DNA of 64,000 nucleotides from Acholeplasmataceae bacterium (GTDB lineage Bacteria; Bacillota_I; Bacilli_A; Acholeplasmatales; Acholeplasmataceae): NCBI GenBank assembly GCA_963667565.1, contig OY763415.1, positions 1,344,001 to 1,408,000 of the forward strand, read 5' to 3'. Shown piece by piece: positions 31,488 to 40,991 of this stretch (position 1 is its first letter; each line of letters starts with the position of its first letter). The notes under the pieces were generated by a model. It saw only the letters and a program-made list of their open reading frames with translations, ran no database searches and was not told where the DNA came from. The position numbers and the translations under genes were made by a program.

Positions 31488-31787
31488 TTAATTAAATTAT
31501 AGCATCAACATATGTATTTTCATAGGTTACAAAAACATTCAATTCAGAAACTAAACCTATGACTATTCTTAATATCAAAATATATTAAAATTTCTTTTCT
31601 TATTTACTGTACTACAGCACATTTCTAACACACTTATTGAACTATTATATGTTTAATTTTTATACAATACATTTTAGTATCCAAATAATGGCTTTATTAA
31701 AACAAAAATCAACCTTTTTGGTTGACTTTTTTACTATGTATATAAACTTCTAAGAACTTCTTAATTTAATGACTGGTGCCGAAAATA
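31488..31787 (-). repeat. Conserved cassette leader, copy B (att arm plus extended -10)
   Basis: Homologous to 36074-36377; TGCTATAAT on minus at 31496-31504. Confidence 0.85.
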
Positions 31788-31815
31788 CGACGTGAAATTT
31801 GCCCACTTACTTTAG
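31774..31815 (-). repeat. Inter-cassette att junction: tRNA 3'-end core plus short arm
   Basis: TGGTGCCGAAAATA (14/14 match to the tRNA end) followed by CGACGTGAAATTTGCCCACTTACTTTAG (23/28 match to 27482-27509). Confidence 0.9.
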
Positions 31816-31836
31816 CCTTGTTCAAAATTTGTTTTT

Positions 31837-32880
31837 CTAGTTTTCTTCAAATACAAAACCAGACAATAATTTATATCTGTTACTTCGAGCTGATGTTCCA
31901 ATACTACTTGAAACTTGTGTTATTTTTCTATATTCCATTACTCTACTATCTTCTTCTGGCTTATTACTATATAATAAATAAAAATTCTTTATCTTAACTA
32001 GCATGTCTTCTAAAGGATAACCTTTTCTAGATATGTTATACATTAATACAAACAATGTATAAAAATGAGTATTTTTTGAATATAAATCAACATTTAACTT
32101 ATCAAACAAAAATAATTTGTCTAGCATTGTTAAAATCTTTTTTGTTGTTGAAACATCTTCTTCCTTACTGTAGTAATTTAAATTATATTTGTCATAAGCA
32201 TCATATAAACCCGCCTGTGTAATAGAGGCTTTGATTCCATCTCTTAAAAATACCAGCAGACCACTGATAAATTCTATGTCTTTCATTCTCTTAATTTCGT
32301 TATCAGTAAATATTTTATGTTCTTTCCAAAATTCATATTGAGATATTGCTTCAGCACAATTTCTGAACTCTCCATTATAACTTGCATGTCTTAATTCTTG
32401 ATTAGTTAGAGGTTTATTAGTAATGTTTAATCTTATGAAAAGTTTTATAATCTCTTCGTTTGTAACTTCCTGTTTTAACGTAGTAATATCAAGTGTATAA
32501 TTCCAGATATAGCGTTTAAATTTATCATCCAATTCACTGAAATATTTGTTGTTATATTCTTCGTTATTTTCAATTAAGTATTTTTTTTCTAAAGCAAATT
32601 TATTGTCTAAAAATGCATTTATTGCAGTTAATCTTTGCTGTCCATCAACAATTTTTACAATTGTTTCTCCTGTATTTGGATCTGTAGAATAGTTCCATAA
32701 ATATATCTCTGGTATTAAATATCCTAACAATATTGTTTCAATTAATTGAATATCATTTTTTTTATTCCATACATGATTTCTTTGGAACTCATTATCTACA
32801 ATTAATAGATTTTTGATATAATTTTCTCTAATTTCCTTTATACTTTTTAATGATGTAATTATATTATCTTTCACTTTCAT
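31837..32880 (-). CDS. DUF262 (ParB/Srx-like, GmrS-type) domain protein
   Basis: EFQRNHVW, IVDGQQRL, LFIRLN...LT.QELR motifs; no C-terminal HNH motif visible; ATG 32880 coupled to the upstream stop. Confidence 0.85.
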   Translation of the reverse strand: MKVKDNIITSLKSIKEIRENYIKNLLIVDNEFQRNHVWNKKNDIQLIETILLGYLIPEIYLWNYSTDPNTGETIVKIVDGQQRLTAINAFLDNKFALEKKYLIENNEEYNNKYFSELDDKFKRYIWNYTLDITTLKQEVTNEEIIKLFIRLNITNKPLTNQELRHASYNGEFRNCAEAISQYEFWKEHKIFTDNEIKRMKDIEFISGLLVFLRDGIKASITQAGLYDAYDKYNLNYYSKEEDVSTTKKILTMLDKLFLFDKLNVDLYSKNTHFYTLFVLMYNISRKGYPLEDMLVKIKNFYLLYSNKPEEDSRVMEYRKITQVSSSIGTSARSNRYKLLSGFVFEEN

Positions 32881-32881
32881 T

Positions 32882-33496
32882 TTACGCACCACCTTTGATT
32901 ATTTTACTTAATTTTTTTAAATTTAAAATCAAAGTGATTTTGTAATCACTCCAACTTCTATATATCCTGTAACCGATTTCGCTTGGAAAATCATAATCAG
33001 ATTGTAAATCTATTTTATAACTGTTAGTTTCTTCCAACCACTTACTATAAAATTCACTTGCAAGAATTTTATCTGATAATTTCACATCAACAAATCTCTT
33101 AAAAATAGTTTCAAAAGATTTATTAAAAGCGAACTCTCTAAGATCATCTTTCAACATAAAATTGATAAATAAAATTTCCCAAAACTTATTGAATAAATCT
33201 AGACTGATTATTACCATATCAATATCTGACTCTTCATCATAAATTTTGAAATTTTTTCTAGGATTAAGACTAAATCCATACTTCCCACTTCCAATAATTC
33301 CCACTTCTTTAGTTGAAACATGAAACTTTTTTGCAATATAAATTAAAAATTCATTGTATTTATTTGTGGCATTATTCGAAAATTTTTTAGTGAAAAAATA
33401 GTTTTTTTTCTCATTCATTAGTTGATGAGCGATTTTTTCATAATCTTCATTTGAACTGGCTTTTTTTAATTTTATCTTTAATGTATTTACATTCAT
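32882..33496 (-). CDS. Pol-beta-superfamily nucleotidyltransferase-like protein
   Basis: IIGSGKYGFSLNP...SDIDMVIIS (GS...DxD signature). Confidence 0.75.
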   Translation of the reverse strand: MNVNTLKIKLKKASSNEDYEKIAHQLMNEKKNYFFTKKFSNNATNKYNEFLIYIAKKFHVSTKEVGIIGSGKYGFSLNPRKNFKIYDEESDIDMVIISLDLFNKFWEILFINFMLKDDLREFAFNKSFETIFKRFVDVKLSDKILASEFYSKWLEETNSYKIDLQSDYDFPSEIGYRIYRSWSDYKITLILNLKKLSKIIKGGA

Positions 33497-33593
33497 TTTT
33501 ACCCCTCATTAAAAAATTACTTGAACTATAATATATTAATAAAGTTAAAACTCAGATAATTATATTAGGATATCCAGCGTTAAACTCTAATTT

Positions 33594-34463
33594 TTAATCA
33601 CAAAATTCTTCATCACCTGGATGACACCAATGAGGAATGTTGATTCTCACATCCATTTTGAGTTCATGCTTGGGAATTACAAGTTTATCAATTACTCCAT
33701 CACCGTCTAAAGAACCTAACACATCATGAAAAACAAACCAATCACCAAAAATACTATCGCATTTTGAACATCCAAATGATAGATATGAGTTATCGATTGT
33801 TCCACTATATCGTTTTTTTATTTCTCCCATTTCTAGAAAATTACTCTTTTGAACATATTGTGTAACTACTTTAATAATTTCTGGTTCAAACATGAATTTA
33901 CTATCTTGCCACATTTCAATATCTGCATGTAATATTTTTGCATTACATGGTGAAATCAAATTGCCAACATAATATATGTGATTTAAATGTCCACATTTCC
34001 AACACTTCATTTCTAGAAATCTAATTTCAAGTGCTTGTGTATTCAACGTTTGGCAAAACTTTATTTCATCATTTAAGAAATCTGAGATAAAAGTTTTAAG
34101 TGGGAGTTTTTTTCTATCTTTTAGAGATACAGTTAAATTCTTATCATTGCTAATTTTAAACAAAGGAAGATTTTCAAGTTCGTCTTTTTGTTTTGGTTCT
34201 TTCTCAAACAACCAACATCCAATGATATTGTCTCTTGTATATTTATTTTGTCTTTCTAGTGTTCTATTTAAATTTTGCTTGCTAATTTGCACTTCAAATG
34301 CATATTTTTTCCCATTTGCTAGCACTAAAACATCTGCACGCCAATCTTTGCCTTTGTATTCTTCTCGTACATCATATCCTAATTCATTACAAATTCTTGA
34401 GATTTGATTTTTTATATTATCATGAAAACTACATTCGCTCCATAAAGCATCTTTTTTGATCAT
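33594..34463 (-). CDS. CoiA-like PD-(D/E)xK nuclease with Zn-binding CxxC pairs
   Basis: WRADVL...YAFEVQIS.Q...ER..KY; CWKC and CSKC. Confidence 0.7.
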   Translation of the reverse strand: MIKKDALWSECSFHDNIKNQISRICNELGYDVREEYKGKDWRADVLVLANGKKYAFEVQISKQNLNRTLERQNKYTRDNIIGCWLFEKEPKQKDELENLPLFKISNDKNLTVSLKDRKKLPLKTFISDFLNDEIKFCQTLNTQALEIRFLEMKCWKCGHLNHIYYVGNLISPCNAKILHADIEMWQDSKFMFEPEIIKVVTQYVQKSNFLEMGEIKKRYSGTIDNSYLSFGCSKCDSIFGDWFVFHDVLGSLDGDGVIDKLVIPKHELKMDVRINIPHWCHPGDEEFCD

Positions 34464-34478
34464 CTAATAATCACACCT

Positions 34479-36050
34479 TTAATATTCATCTTCATAAAAG
34501 ATATTGCTATTTCCTATTAGTTGTTCAATTAAATCTATTCGTTGCAACCATAGTTTTTTATCTTCTTGGACTAATACATCATAAAAATATGAAACTTGAT
34601 CAAATAGTTCAAAGCTTGAATTCTTATTCTTAATCAATTCATTAACATACTCATCAATCACTGCAGAATCAAAATCAAGAGGTTCAATATGCAATTCAAT
34701 ATCACTTGGTAAAATAGTTGTACCTTTAATTTGTAACCAATAAATTAATTCTTTTTTTGCTTTATTAAATCTATTTAAATCTTCAAATAAATCTTTTGTA
34801 TCTGAAGAACAAAATACAATTTGTGCTGCTGATTGAGAATACAACTCATAGACAAATATTTTTAATTCATGAGCTAATTCTCTTATTAAATCATAGTAAA
34901 AGGCCGATAATTCATAAATCGATTTCCCATACTCGTGTTTAACATCAACATCAAGATTATCTTTATTGCAAGATTTAGAAAATTCTTTAAATAATGTTAA
35001 CTCTGGTTGTTTATCATAAGAAGCACTATACCTTGAATACCTTGCTTCATTATAAAATTTTTGGAGAATATTAAGTAAATTTATTGATTTTTTTGATATA
35101 TTATCTGTTTTTCTTTCTTTTGTTATCCAGTTGTGCAAGATAAAATGCTTATGACTATATAAAAGTTTATCTACTTGTTCTCTTTCTATTGAACTAGATT
35201 TCTTTTTATACACTAATAATTGCGCAACAATTTTTTGCAATCTTTCAATCCCTTGAGATGCTTGGTATAGTGTTAAAAAGAGTATTGTTGTATCCAAAGG
35301 AAAATGTTTAATAAATGAGAAATTAAATTTGCTTATATCTTCAATTGATTTCCAAATAAACTCTCCTGCTATTCCAACTTCTTTAACCAATGAGAAATTC
35401 ATTTCTTGTATTCCTCTGTCTGAGTCGTTTTTCCCTGTTTTAATCTCTAAATCATCATAAAGTTTGATGAAACTTGATTTTCTTGTATTTGGTAATTCAG
35501 AATCGTCATCAAAATTAGTATCGAAATTCTCATCAAAATTTACATTATATCTATATTTTTTTGCTAAATCAGAAAAACCAAACCCTTCCTCTTCCATTCG
35601 GAAAACTATTATAGTTTTACTTTCAATTGAAAAATCTCGAATTAAAGATTTCCAAAATTGTTTTCGTGAATCTGTTGATTCGGTATCTATTTGAGACATT
35701 CCTAAATATCCACCTAAATTCTTTTTAAGCCTTTTGTCAATTTGCATTATGATATCACGTTCAACATCTTCAATTATCCAGCAAAATGGCCAATCTTTTA
35801 AGTTTGTATAACTATTTTGTTGTTCAAAATCAATGCTGCAATATTGATTTTTGATAACATATGGACTAATATCTTGATAAGAATCTTTATCTAGTATGTC
35901 GCCTAAAGAAATCACGATTTTTCTTTGATTATTACTAATCTCATTTCCTTCAACTATCTTTTCGAATATTGTTGCACCATAAAAAATATCTTCAATTCTT
36001 CCTGAATCAAAAAATAGCGCAACCATTAAATATTCATCTTCCGAACACAT
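34479..36050 (-). CDS. Hypothetical protein with possible C-terminal HEPN-like domain
   Basis: 523 aa; LYQASQGIERLQK...HKHFIL...FYNEARY pattern resembles HEPN helices. Confidence 0.55.
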   Translation of the reverse strand: MCSEDEYLMVALFFDSGRIEDIFYGATIFEKIVEGNEISNNQRKIVISLGDILDKDSYQDISPYVIKNQYCSIDFEQQNSYTNLKDWPFCWIIEDVERDIIMQIDKRLKKNLGGYLGMSQIDTESTDSRKQFWKSLIRDFSIESKTIIVFRMEEEGFGFSDLAKKYRYNVNFDENFDTNFDDDSELPNTRKSSFIKLYDDLEIKTGKNDSDRGIQEMNFSLVKEVGIAGEFIWKSIEDISKFNFSFIKHFPLDTTILFLTLYQASQGIERLQKIVAQLLVYKKKSSSIEREQVDKLLYSHKHFILHNWITKERKTDNISKKSINLLNILQKFYNEARYSRYSASYDKQPELTLFKEFSKSCNKDNLDVDVKHEYGKSIYELSAFYYDLIRELAHELKIFVYELYSQSAAQIVFCSSDTKDLFEDLNRFNKAKKELIYWLQIKGTTILPSDIELHIEPLDFDSAVIDEYVNELIKNKNSSFELFDQVSYFYDVLVQEDKKLWLQRIDLIEQLIGNSNIFYEDEY

Positions 36051-36073
36051 AAGATACCCCCTAATAGTACTAG

Positions 36074-36377
36074 TTAATTTAATTATAGCACCGTTATTCT
36101 AGAAATTCATAAGTCTGAAAAATATTCACCCTGAAGATTAAACCTATGTATATTCTTAGAAATCAAAATTTATTGTAAATGCATAATGCATTTTTACTAT
36201 ACTACGACACATTTTTAATCCACTTATTGAACTTCTATATATAAACTTTTTATGCTAACCATTTACATATCAAAACAATGGCTTTATTAAGATAAAATTA
36301 AACTTTTTTAGTTGGCTTTTTTTCTATACATATGAACTTCTAATAACTTCTCGATTTAATTGCTGGTGCCGAAAATA
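36074..36377 (-). repeat. Conserved cassette leader, copy A (att arm plus extended -10)
   Basis: 149/187 identical by hand count, ungapped, 36191-36377 vs 31601-31787; TGCTATAAT on minus at 36082-36090. Confidence 0.85.
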
Positions 36378-36439
36378 GGACTCGAACCTACGACCTGCTG
36401 ATTACGAGACAGCTGCTCTACCACCTGAGCTATTTCGGC
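36364..36439 (-). tRNA. tRNA-Thr(CGT)
   Basis: GCCGAAA TA GCTC AGGTGGTA GAGC A GCTGT CT CGT AA TCAGC AGGTC GTAGG TTCGAGT CCTAT TTTCGGC A CCA; 76-nt cloverleaf with encoded CCA. Confidence 0.97.
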
Positions 36440-36442
36440 ACA

Positions 36443-36946
36443 TTAAACTTCATAACTTAAAATATAATCTCTTTTTACAATATCATTAATATTTAATAAG
36501 TTAATCAATTCTAGTTTTTGTTGATCATTTAATACTCTTAAAGGAATGGAGATAAATAAATGATCTTTTTTATATAACTTAATATATTTTTCACTCACTT
36601 CTATTTCTTTAATCTTTTTAATATATCCAATAAGTACACCATCAAGGATTTCAATCGCACCTTGTTTTCTTAAAATCACTTTTGCATATCCTTTATCACA
36701 TACAAATCCTCTTTTCGTATATGAAACTTTAATCAAAGCATACATAAAGCCCATGAAAAGCGTGGTTGCTGCTATGAGCATCAGCACAGATATTTCTAAT
36801 GTGATGGCTAATTCAATCATATTAATCAATAAAATCACGTATATAATAATTGAATTTCTTAATAGATTTTGATTCAAGTATAAATTTGTTGAATTGATTT
36901 TCTTATAATGGATATCTCCATTTAAATGTTTATATAGTATTTCCAT
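36443..36946 (-). CDS. Small membrane protein, YcxB-like
   Basis: Two TM helices then C-terminal FISIPLRVL...ELINLL pattern. Confidence 0.6.
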   Translation of the reverse strand: MEILYKHLNGDIHYKKINSTNLYLNQNLLRNSIIIYVILLINMIELAITLEISVLMLIAATTLFMGFMYALIKVSYTKRGFVCDKGYAKVILRKQGAIEILDGVLIGYIKKIKEIEVSEKYIKLYKKDHLFISIPLRVLNDQQKLELINLLNINDIVKRDYILSYEV

Positions 36947-36953
36947 CTTGCAC

Positions 36954-37853
36954 CTACAAATATTTTTTCTTTACTTTTGGACTCATATAAAAATGGATTG
37001 CTTTTGGATGCACCTTAATTTCAATGTTTCCATTCACCGCTTGTTCGCCATCTGTATTCCAGATGACATGATCATAGGTTTTAATTTCATATTTTGATGA
37101 AACAATGTGATAATCTTCTCTAAGTTTCCTTCCGCCTCTAATAAAAGATGATAAAAATCTAAAACGCTTGAATCCTCTTTTTCTTGTAAAGACTCTTAAT
37201 TCAAACAATCCGTCATTTAATTTTGAGTTCGCAAAATTATTTAATCTCATACCACCGACACGGTTACTACATAATCCTAAAACCATCATGCACTCAGTTT
37301 CAAGCTTCCCGTTATCATGTGTAATCTCTACTCTATATCGATAGTCTTTCGCTAAATCTCTCATGCCCTCAAATACATAAGCTAAATACCCATACTTATT
37401 TAAACTTCTTCTTGAAATATCATAACTTATTTTAGATAAGACACCACTTGCTGCTGCATACACGAAATAGCGATCATTCATTTGATTGATATCAATAGGA
37501 TAAGGCGTTTCCTTAAAATACATCTCTAATGCTTTTTTATAGTTTTTAGGAATGCCTAATATCGCAGCAATATCATTTGCAGTTCCACATGGAATAATCG
37601 CGATATTTGGTCTGATATCAGATTTCATCACACCATTGACGACTTCGTTAATGGTCCCATCTCCACCACAAACCAAAAAGACATCATATGATGATGCTTT
37701 TTCAAATGCTTTTCTTTCCAAATCATTTTTTTCTTTTGATTCATATATGTCTAAATGTGCTTCATTTTGTTTAAAGATTTTAATGATTTCTGGTAATTTC
37801 TTCTTAACTGTTGAACGCCCACTTACTGGGTTATACATTAACAAACACTTCAT
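36954..37853 (-). CDS. Diacylglycerol/lipid kinase family (YegS/DgkB-like)
   Basis: YNPVSG, GGDGTINEV, PCGTANDIA, NTDGE. Confidence 0.92.
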   Translation of the reverse strand: MKCLLMYNPVSGRSTVKKKLPEIIKIFKQNEAHLDIYESKEKNDLERKAFEKASSYDVFLVCGGDGTINEVVNGVMKSDIRPNIAIIPCGTANDIAAILGIPKNYKKALEMYFKETPYPIDINQMNDRYFVYAAASGVLSKISYDISRRSLNKYGYLAYVFEGMRDLAKDYRYRVEITHDNGKLETECMMVLGLCSNRVGGMRLNNFANSKLNDGLFELRVFTRKRGFKRFRFLSSFIRGGRKLREDYHIVSSKYEIKTYDHVIWNTDGEQAVNGNIEIKVHPKAIHFYMSPKVKKKYL

Positions 37854-37905
37854 TTTCAAGTCCCCCTTGTGATATTATTTTATCACATTTATTAACCCCT
37901 TGTTT

Positions 37906-40290
37906 TTATTCTTCATACATCTTCATCGTTTCTGGAAGAGATATGTGATCAAGTTTATTTTTAGCTGCATGAGAACTGACATAAAAAATAAAGAAATAAA
38001 TGATAATACTCAATACCCCGTGCCACCAATAAAATCTCATTGGGAATAACAAGTCATAAAACTTAGCGAAAAATAATTCCATATAATCAAACATCAAAAT
38101 AGACAGTGGTATATTAATCAAGAAAATAAATAAACCATAAAGCATATAACCACCTAAGATCATATGATTAATTTCCCTTTGATTATAGCCTAAAACTTTA
38201 AATAAACTAATATTATAATATTGATCTTCAATCGCCATTGAAGTCAATATATAAATCACAATGATTCCAATAGCAATGCTTGTTCCAATGAAGATACCTA
38301 CAAATGATTGCATGAATACACTCATCGTATCTGCTTGATTGATGATATCATCTACAGAGATGACGACCAAATAATCACTTTCACTAAGTGCGTTTACTGA
38401 ATATATCACATTGTAATAATTCTCATTACTAAAGAACTCATCTCCAGCAACACTTCTATTTAAATAAATCTTATTACCTGTAAATTCATAAGAGATTCCA
38501 ACAACTTTCTCACTAAAAGTCGTATTTCCAAACTCAATCTCCAAAGTATCTCCAACTTTATAACCTCTGGTTAAAGATATTGATTCAGTGATGATGATAC
38601 CATCATCTAATAAATTAGTAATCTCATTGCCTTTTTTATCAAATAAAGGATCTAGGGATGAATTTGAATCAATCCCTGTTAAACTCGCATCATCGCCATT
38701 AACAATTAAACTACCAATTTCGATGACCATTTCTTCTCCAGATTGTAACACATATGTATCATCATAAGTCTTATAACCTATATAGTTATAACTTGTTTGA
38801 TCATAGACATCATAAATCATACGATCAAAAATACCGTTCATACTAAATGTAAATAACACCAAGAAAGCAGCAAAATAAACACCAATCATGAAAATAAGAA
38901 TCTTAACTGGCGATCTTAACAACAACAATTGTTGGAGTTTTGTCGTAATCTTTGTTTTCTTAAGCATTTTAGAAACGCTCTTGGTTAACTTATTAGCATC
39001 ATCTATAACTTCAGGATTTAATAAGACAAGCGGTTCTTGTCTTAATAATCTAATGATAACGATATAGCTTAAACCAACAATAAATGTAAATGGAACAATA
39101 ATGGATATCAATATCGTTTGGAAGTTTTGAACGATATCTTGAGATGGAATTAAATAAAACTCTAAATAGATATCTTTAAGTGGGCTTGCAAGTTCATATC
39201 CAATAAAATACCCCAATACAATTAAAGGTAAACTCATCGCACCAATAATCATTAAATAGGGAAATGCAATTTCTCTATTCTTATATCCAATCGCTTTTAA
39301 TATCCCAATCTGACTTCTTTGTGCATGGATAATCTTTGATACAACAATACCAACAATCATTAACGCAATCGACGAAATCAAAATAGAGATAAACATCGCC
39401 ATGCCTCTACCTGCTGTAATTTCAGTATAAATCGCACCACTTCTCATATTATTAATCGTAAGTGTAATTGAAGTAATATATAAAAACTTACCAGAATCCT
39501 TATATGTATCAATCACATCGGATTTAAACGCTTTTTCTGTATATCCATTTAAATAGATGCCAGCTGCTTCAAATTGGACGGTTTCACCCAAATTTTCAAA
39601 TCCTTGATCACTCATAAGCACAAGTGATTGCGTTTTATTATCAATAATCATTTGTTGACCAAACATAGATAAACTATAATCTGGAAAAAGCACATATCCA
39701 GTGATTGTATAATCAATATCTTTGATGGTGATTGTATCACCAATGGTTAAATTATTTTTGCTAGCAAAAATCTCAGCAACCGCAATCTCATTTACAGTTT
39801 CTGGTTTTCGACCACTAACGATATAACTTTGATTAATATCTTGCATATCTTTTAAAACTCTTACACGATATGCTTGATCATTAAAATTAAAGTATACATC
39901 CTTGCTTTCTCTAATTTCTAGTTCTATATTTGAATATGTATCTGTAATGCTTGTTAATCTTTGATCTAACAATTCGTAATAACTGATTTCATCAATTGAT
40001 TTGACACCACTTAATGTATATGGCCAAAGACTTGGATCTAACGATTGAAAAACGCTGCTATGTGCAGTTAAGTAATCAATGTCATCTTGAAACAATACAT
40101 CAAGCATCGATATTGCAAAATCTTCTTGATGATACGCTTCTAAATATTGATCCGTAGGATCTTGAATACTACCAATCGCGTAGCTCATGGCCGTATAGAT
40201 AAAGCTACTTAGTAAAATAATCACACCTAATAAAATAAGTTGTAAATAACGTTTTTTTAATGTGTTAAATGCATTCTTAAATAACATCAT
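37906..40290 (-). CDS. FtsX-like ABC transporter permease (duplicated domain)
   Basis: QIGILKAIGY and ISLFKVLGY halves; TAATG overlap with the ATPase gene. Confidence 0.9.
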   Translation of the reverse strand: MMLFKNAFNTLKKRYLQLILLGVIILLSSFIYTAMSYAIGSIQDPTDQYLEAYHQEDFAISMLDVLFQDDIDYLTAHSSVFQSLDPSLWPYTLSGVKSIDEISYYELLDQRLTSITDTYSNIELEIRESKDVYFNFNDQAYRVRVLKDMQDINQSYIVSGRKPETVNEIAVAEIFASKNNLTIGDTITIKDIDYTITGYVLFPDYSLSMFGQQMIIDNKTQSLVLMSDQGFENLGETVQFEAAGIYLNGYTEKAFKSDVIDTYKDSGKFLYITSITLTINNMRSGAIYTEITAGRGMAMFISILISSIALMIVGIVVSKIIHAQRSQIGILKAIGYKNREIAFPYLMIIGAMSLPLIVLGYFIGYELASPLKDIYLEFYLIPSQDIVQNFQTILISIIVPFTFIVGLSYIVIIRLLRQEPLVLLNPEVIDDANKLTKSVSKMLKKTKITTKLQQLLLLRSPVKILIFMIGVYFAAFLVLFTFSMNGIFDRMIYDVYDQTSYNYIGYKTYDDTYVLQSGEEMVIEIGSLIVNGDDASLTGIDSNSSLDPLFDKKGNEITNLLDDGIIITESISLTRGYKVGDTLEIEFGNTTFSEKVVGISYEFTGNKIYLNRSVAGDEFFSNENYYNVIYSVNALSESDYLVVISVDDIINQADTMSVFMQSFVGIFIGTSIAIGIIVIYILTSMAIEDQYYNISLFKVLGYNQREINHMILGGYMLYGLFIFLINIPLSILMFDYMELFFAKFYDLLFPMRFYWWHGVLSIIIYFFIFYVSSHAAKNKLDHISLPETMKMYEE

Positions 40291-40991
40291 TAACTCCAAA
40301 TGATCTCTGATGCACGTTTCTTTTCTTTATTGGTCTTAATATCTACAATTTGACCATTATTAAGTTTAACGACGCGATCAGCCATGACTGATATATTGGG
40401 GTTGTGTGTGATAAGTACTAATGTAGTTCCATATGTTTCATTCATGTGTTGTAAAACACCTAAAACGCCTTTAGCATTTTCTTCATCTAAAGCACCTGTA
40501 GGTTCATCACAAAACATAATTTTTGGATTTTTAACGATTGCTCTAGCAATAGAGACTCTTTGTTGTTCCCCACCAGATAATTGATAAGGATACTTGTCTA
40601 TCATTTTTAATAATCCTACTTGATCAACGACTTCTTCAGTTAAAAGCGGATTAAGACTGATTTCTCTACCAACTTCAACATTTTCTCTTACTGATAAAGA
40701 TTGTAATAAATTATATCTTTGGAAAATAAATCCAATATTTTTTCTTCTAAATAACGTTAATGCTTTTGTGTCCATTTGGCTGATGACTTCATCACCAATT
40801 GTGATGATACCATCAGTTGGAGCATCCAATCCACTGCACACATTTAAAAGTGTTGATTTACCACTCCCAGAAGGACCTAGTAACACAATCACTTCTCCAT
40901 CTTTAATCTCTAAATCTACTTGATCTAATGCTTTTGTTTCTACTACACCTGTTGTATAAATCTTTGTCACTTGTTTGAGTGAAATTGCCAT
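40290..40991 (-). CDS. ABC transporter ATP-binding protein (LolD/SalX type)
   Basis: GPSGSGKST, LSGGEQQR, FCDEPTGALD. Confidence 0.95.
   Translation of the reverse strand: MAISLKQVTKIYTTGVVETKALDQVDLEIKDGEVIVLLGPSGSGKSTLLNVCSGLDAPTDGIITIGDEVISQMDTKALTLFRRKNIGFIFQRYNLLQSLSVRENVEVGREISLNPLLTEEVVDQVGLLKMIDKYPYQLSGGEQQRVSIARAIVKNPKIMFCDEPTGALDEENAKGVLGVLQHMNETYGTTLVLITHNPNISVMADRVVKLNNGQIVDIKTNKEKKRASEIIWS

Larger units (their letters stand above)
27468..31787 (-). mobile_element. Integrase-less tRNA-Thr-targeted cassette 2 (4306-bp unit)
   Basis: Bounded by tRNA 3'-end cores at 27468 and 31774; both ends shared with cassette 1; AT-rich cargo. Confidence 0.75.
31774..36377 (-). mobile_element. 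Integrase-less tRNA-Thr-targeted cassette 1 (4590-bp unit)
   Basis: Identical 14-bp cores at 31774 and 36364; four co-oriented cargo genes; no recombinase ORF. Confidence 0.8.

Noticed and set aside
31776..31997. Short plus-strand ORFs touching the att cores (also 27250..27489)
   Set aside because: They overlap att sites or real genes in antisense, lack an RBS and are not conserved between cassette ends.
31837..32880. Calling the DUF262 gene a complete GmrSD type IV restriction enzyme
   Set aside because: No HNH/DUF1524 nuclease motif visible in it or in its neighbours.
36193..36260. ILRHIF peptide on the plus strand of leader A as a tyrosine-recombinase remnant
   Set aside because: Short frame ending in a stop; leader B reads VLQHIS with several stops, and no other catalytic motif is visible.
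27468..36377. Three repeats as a CRISPR array or integron attC sites
   Set aside because: Spacing is over 4 kb, the repeat equals the tRNA 3' end, there is no attC-type palindrome, and no cas or intI gene is present.
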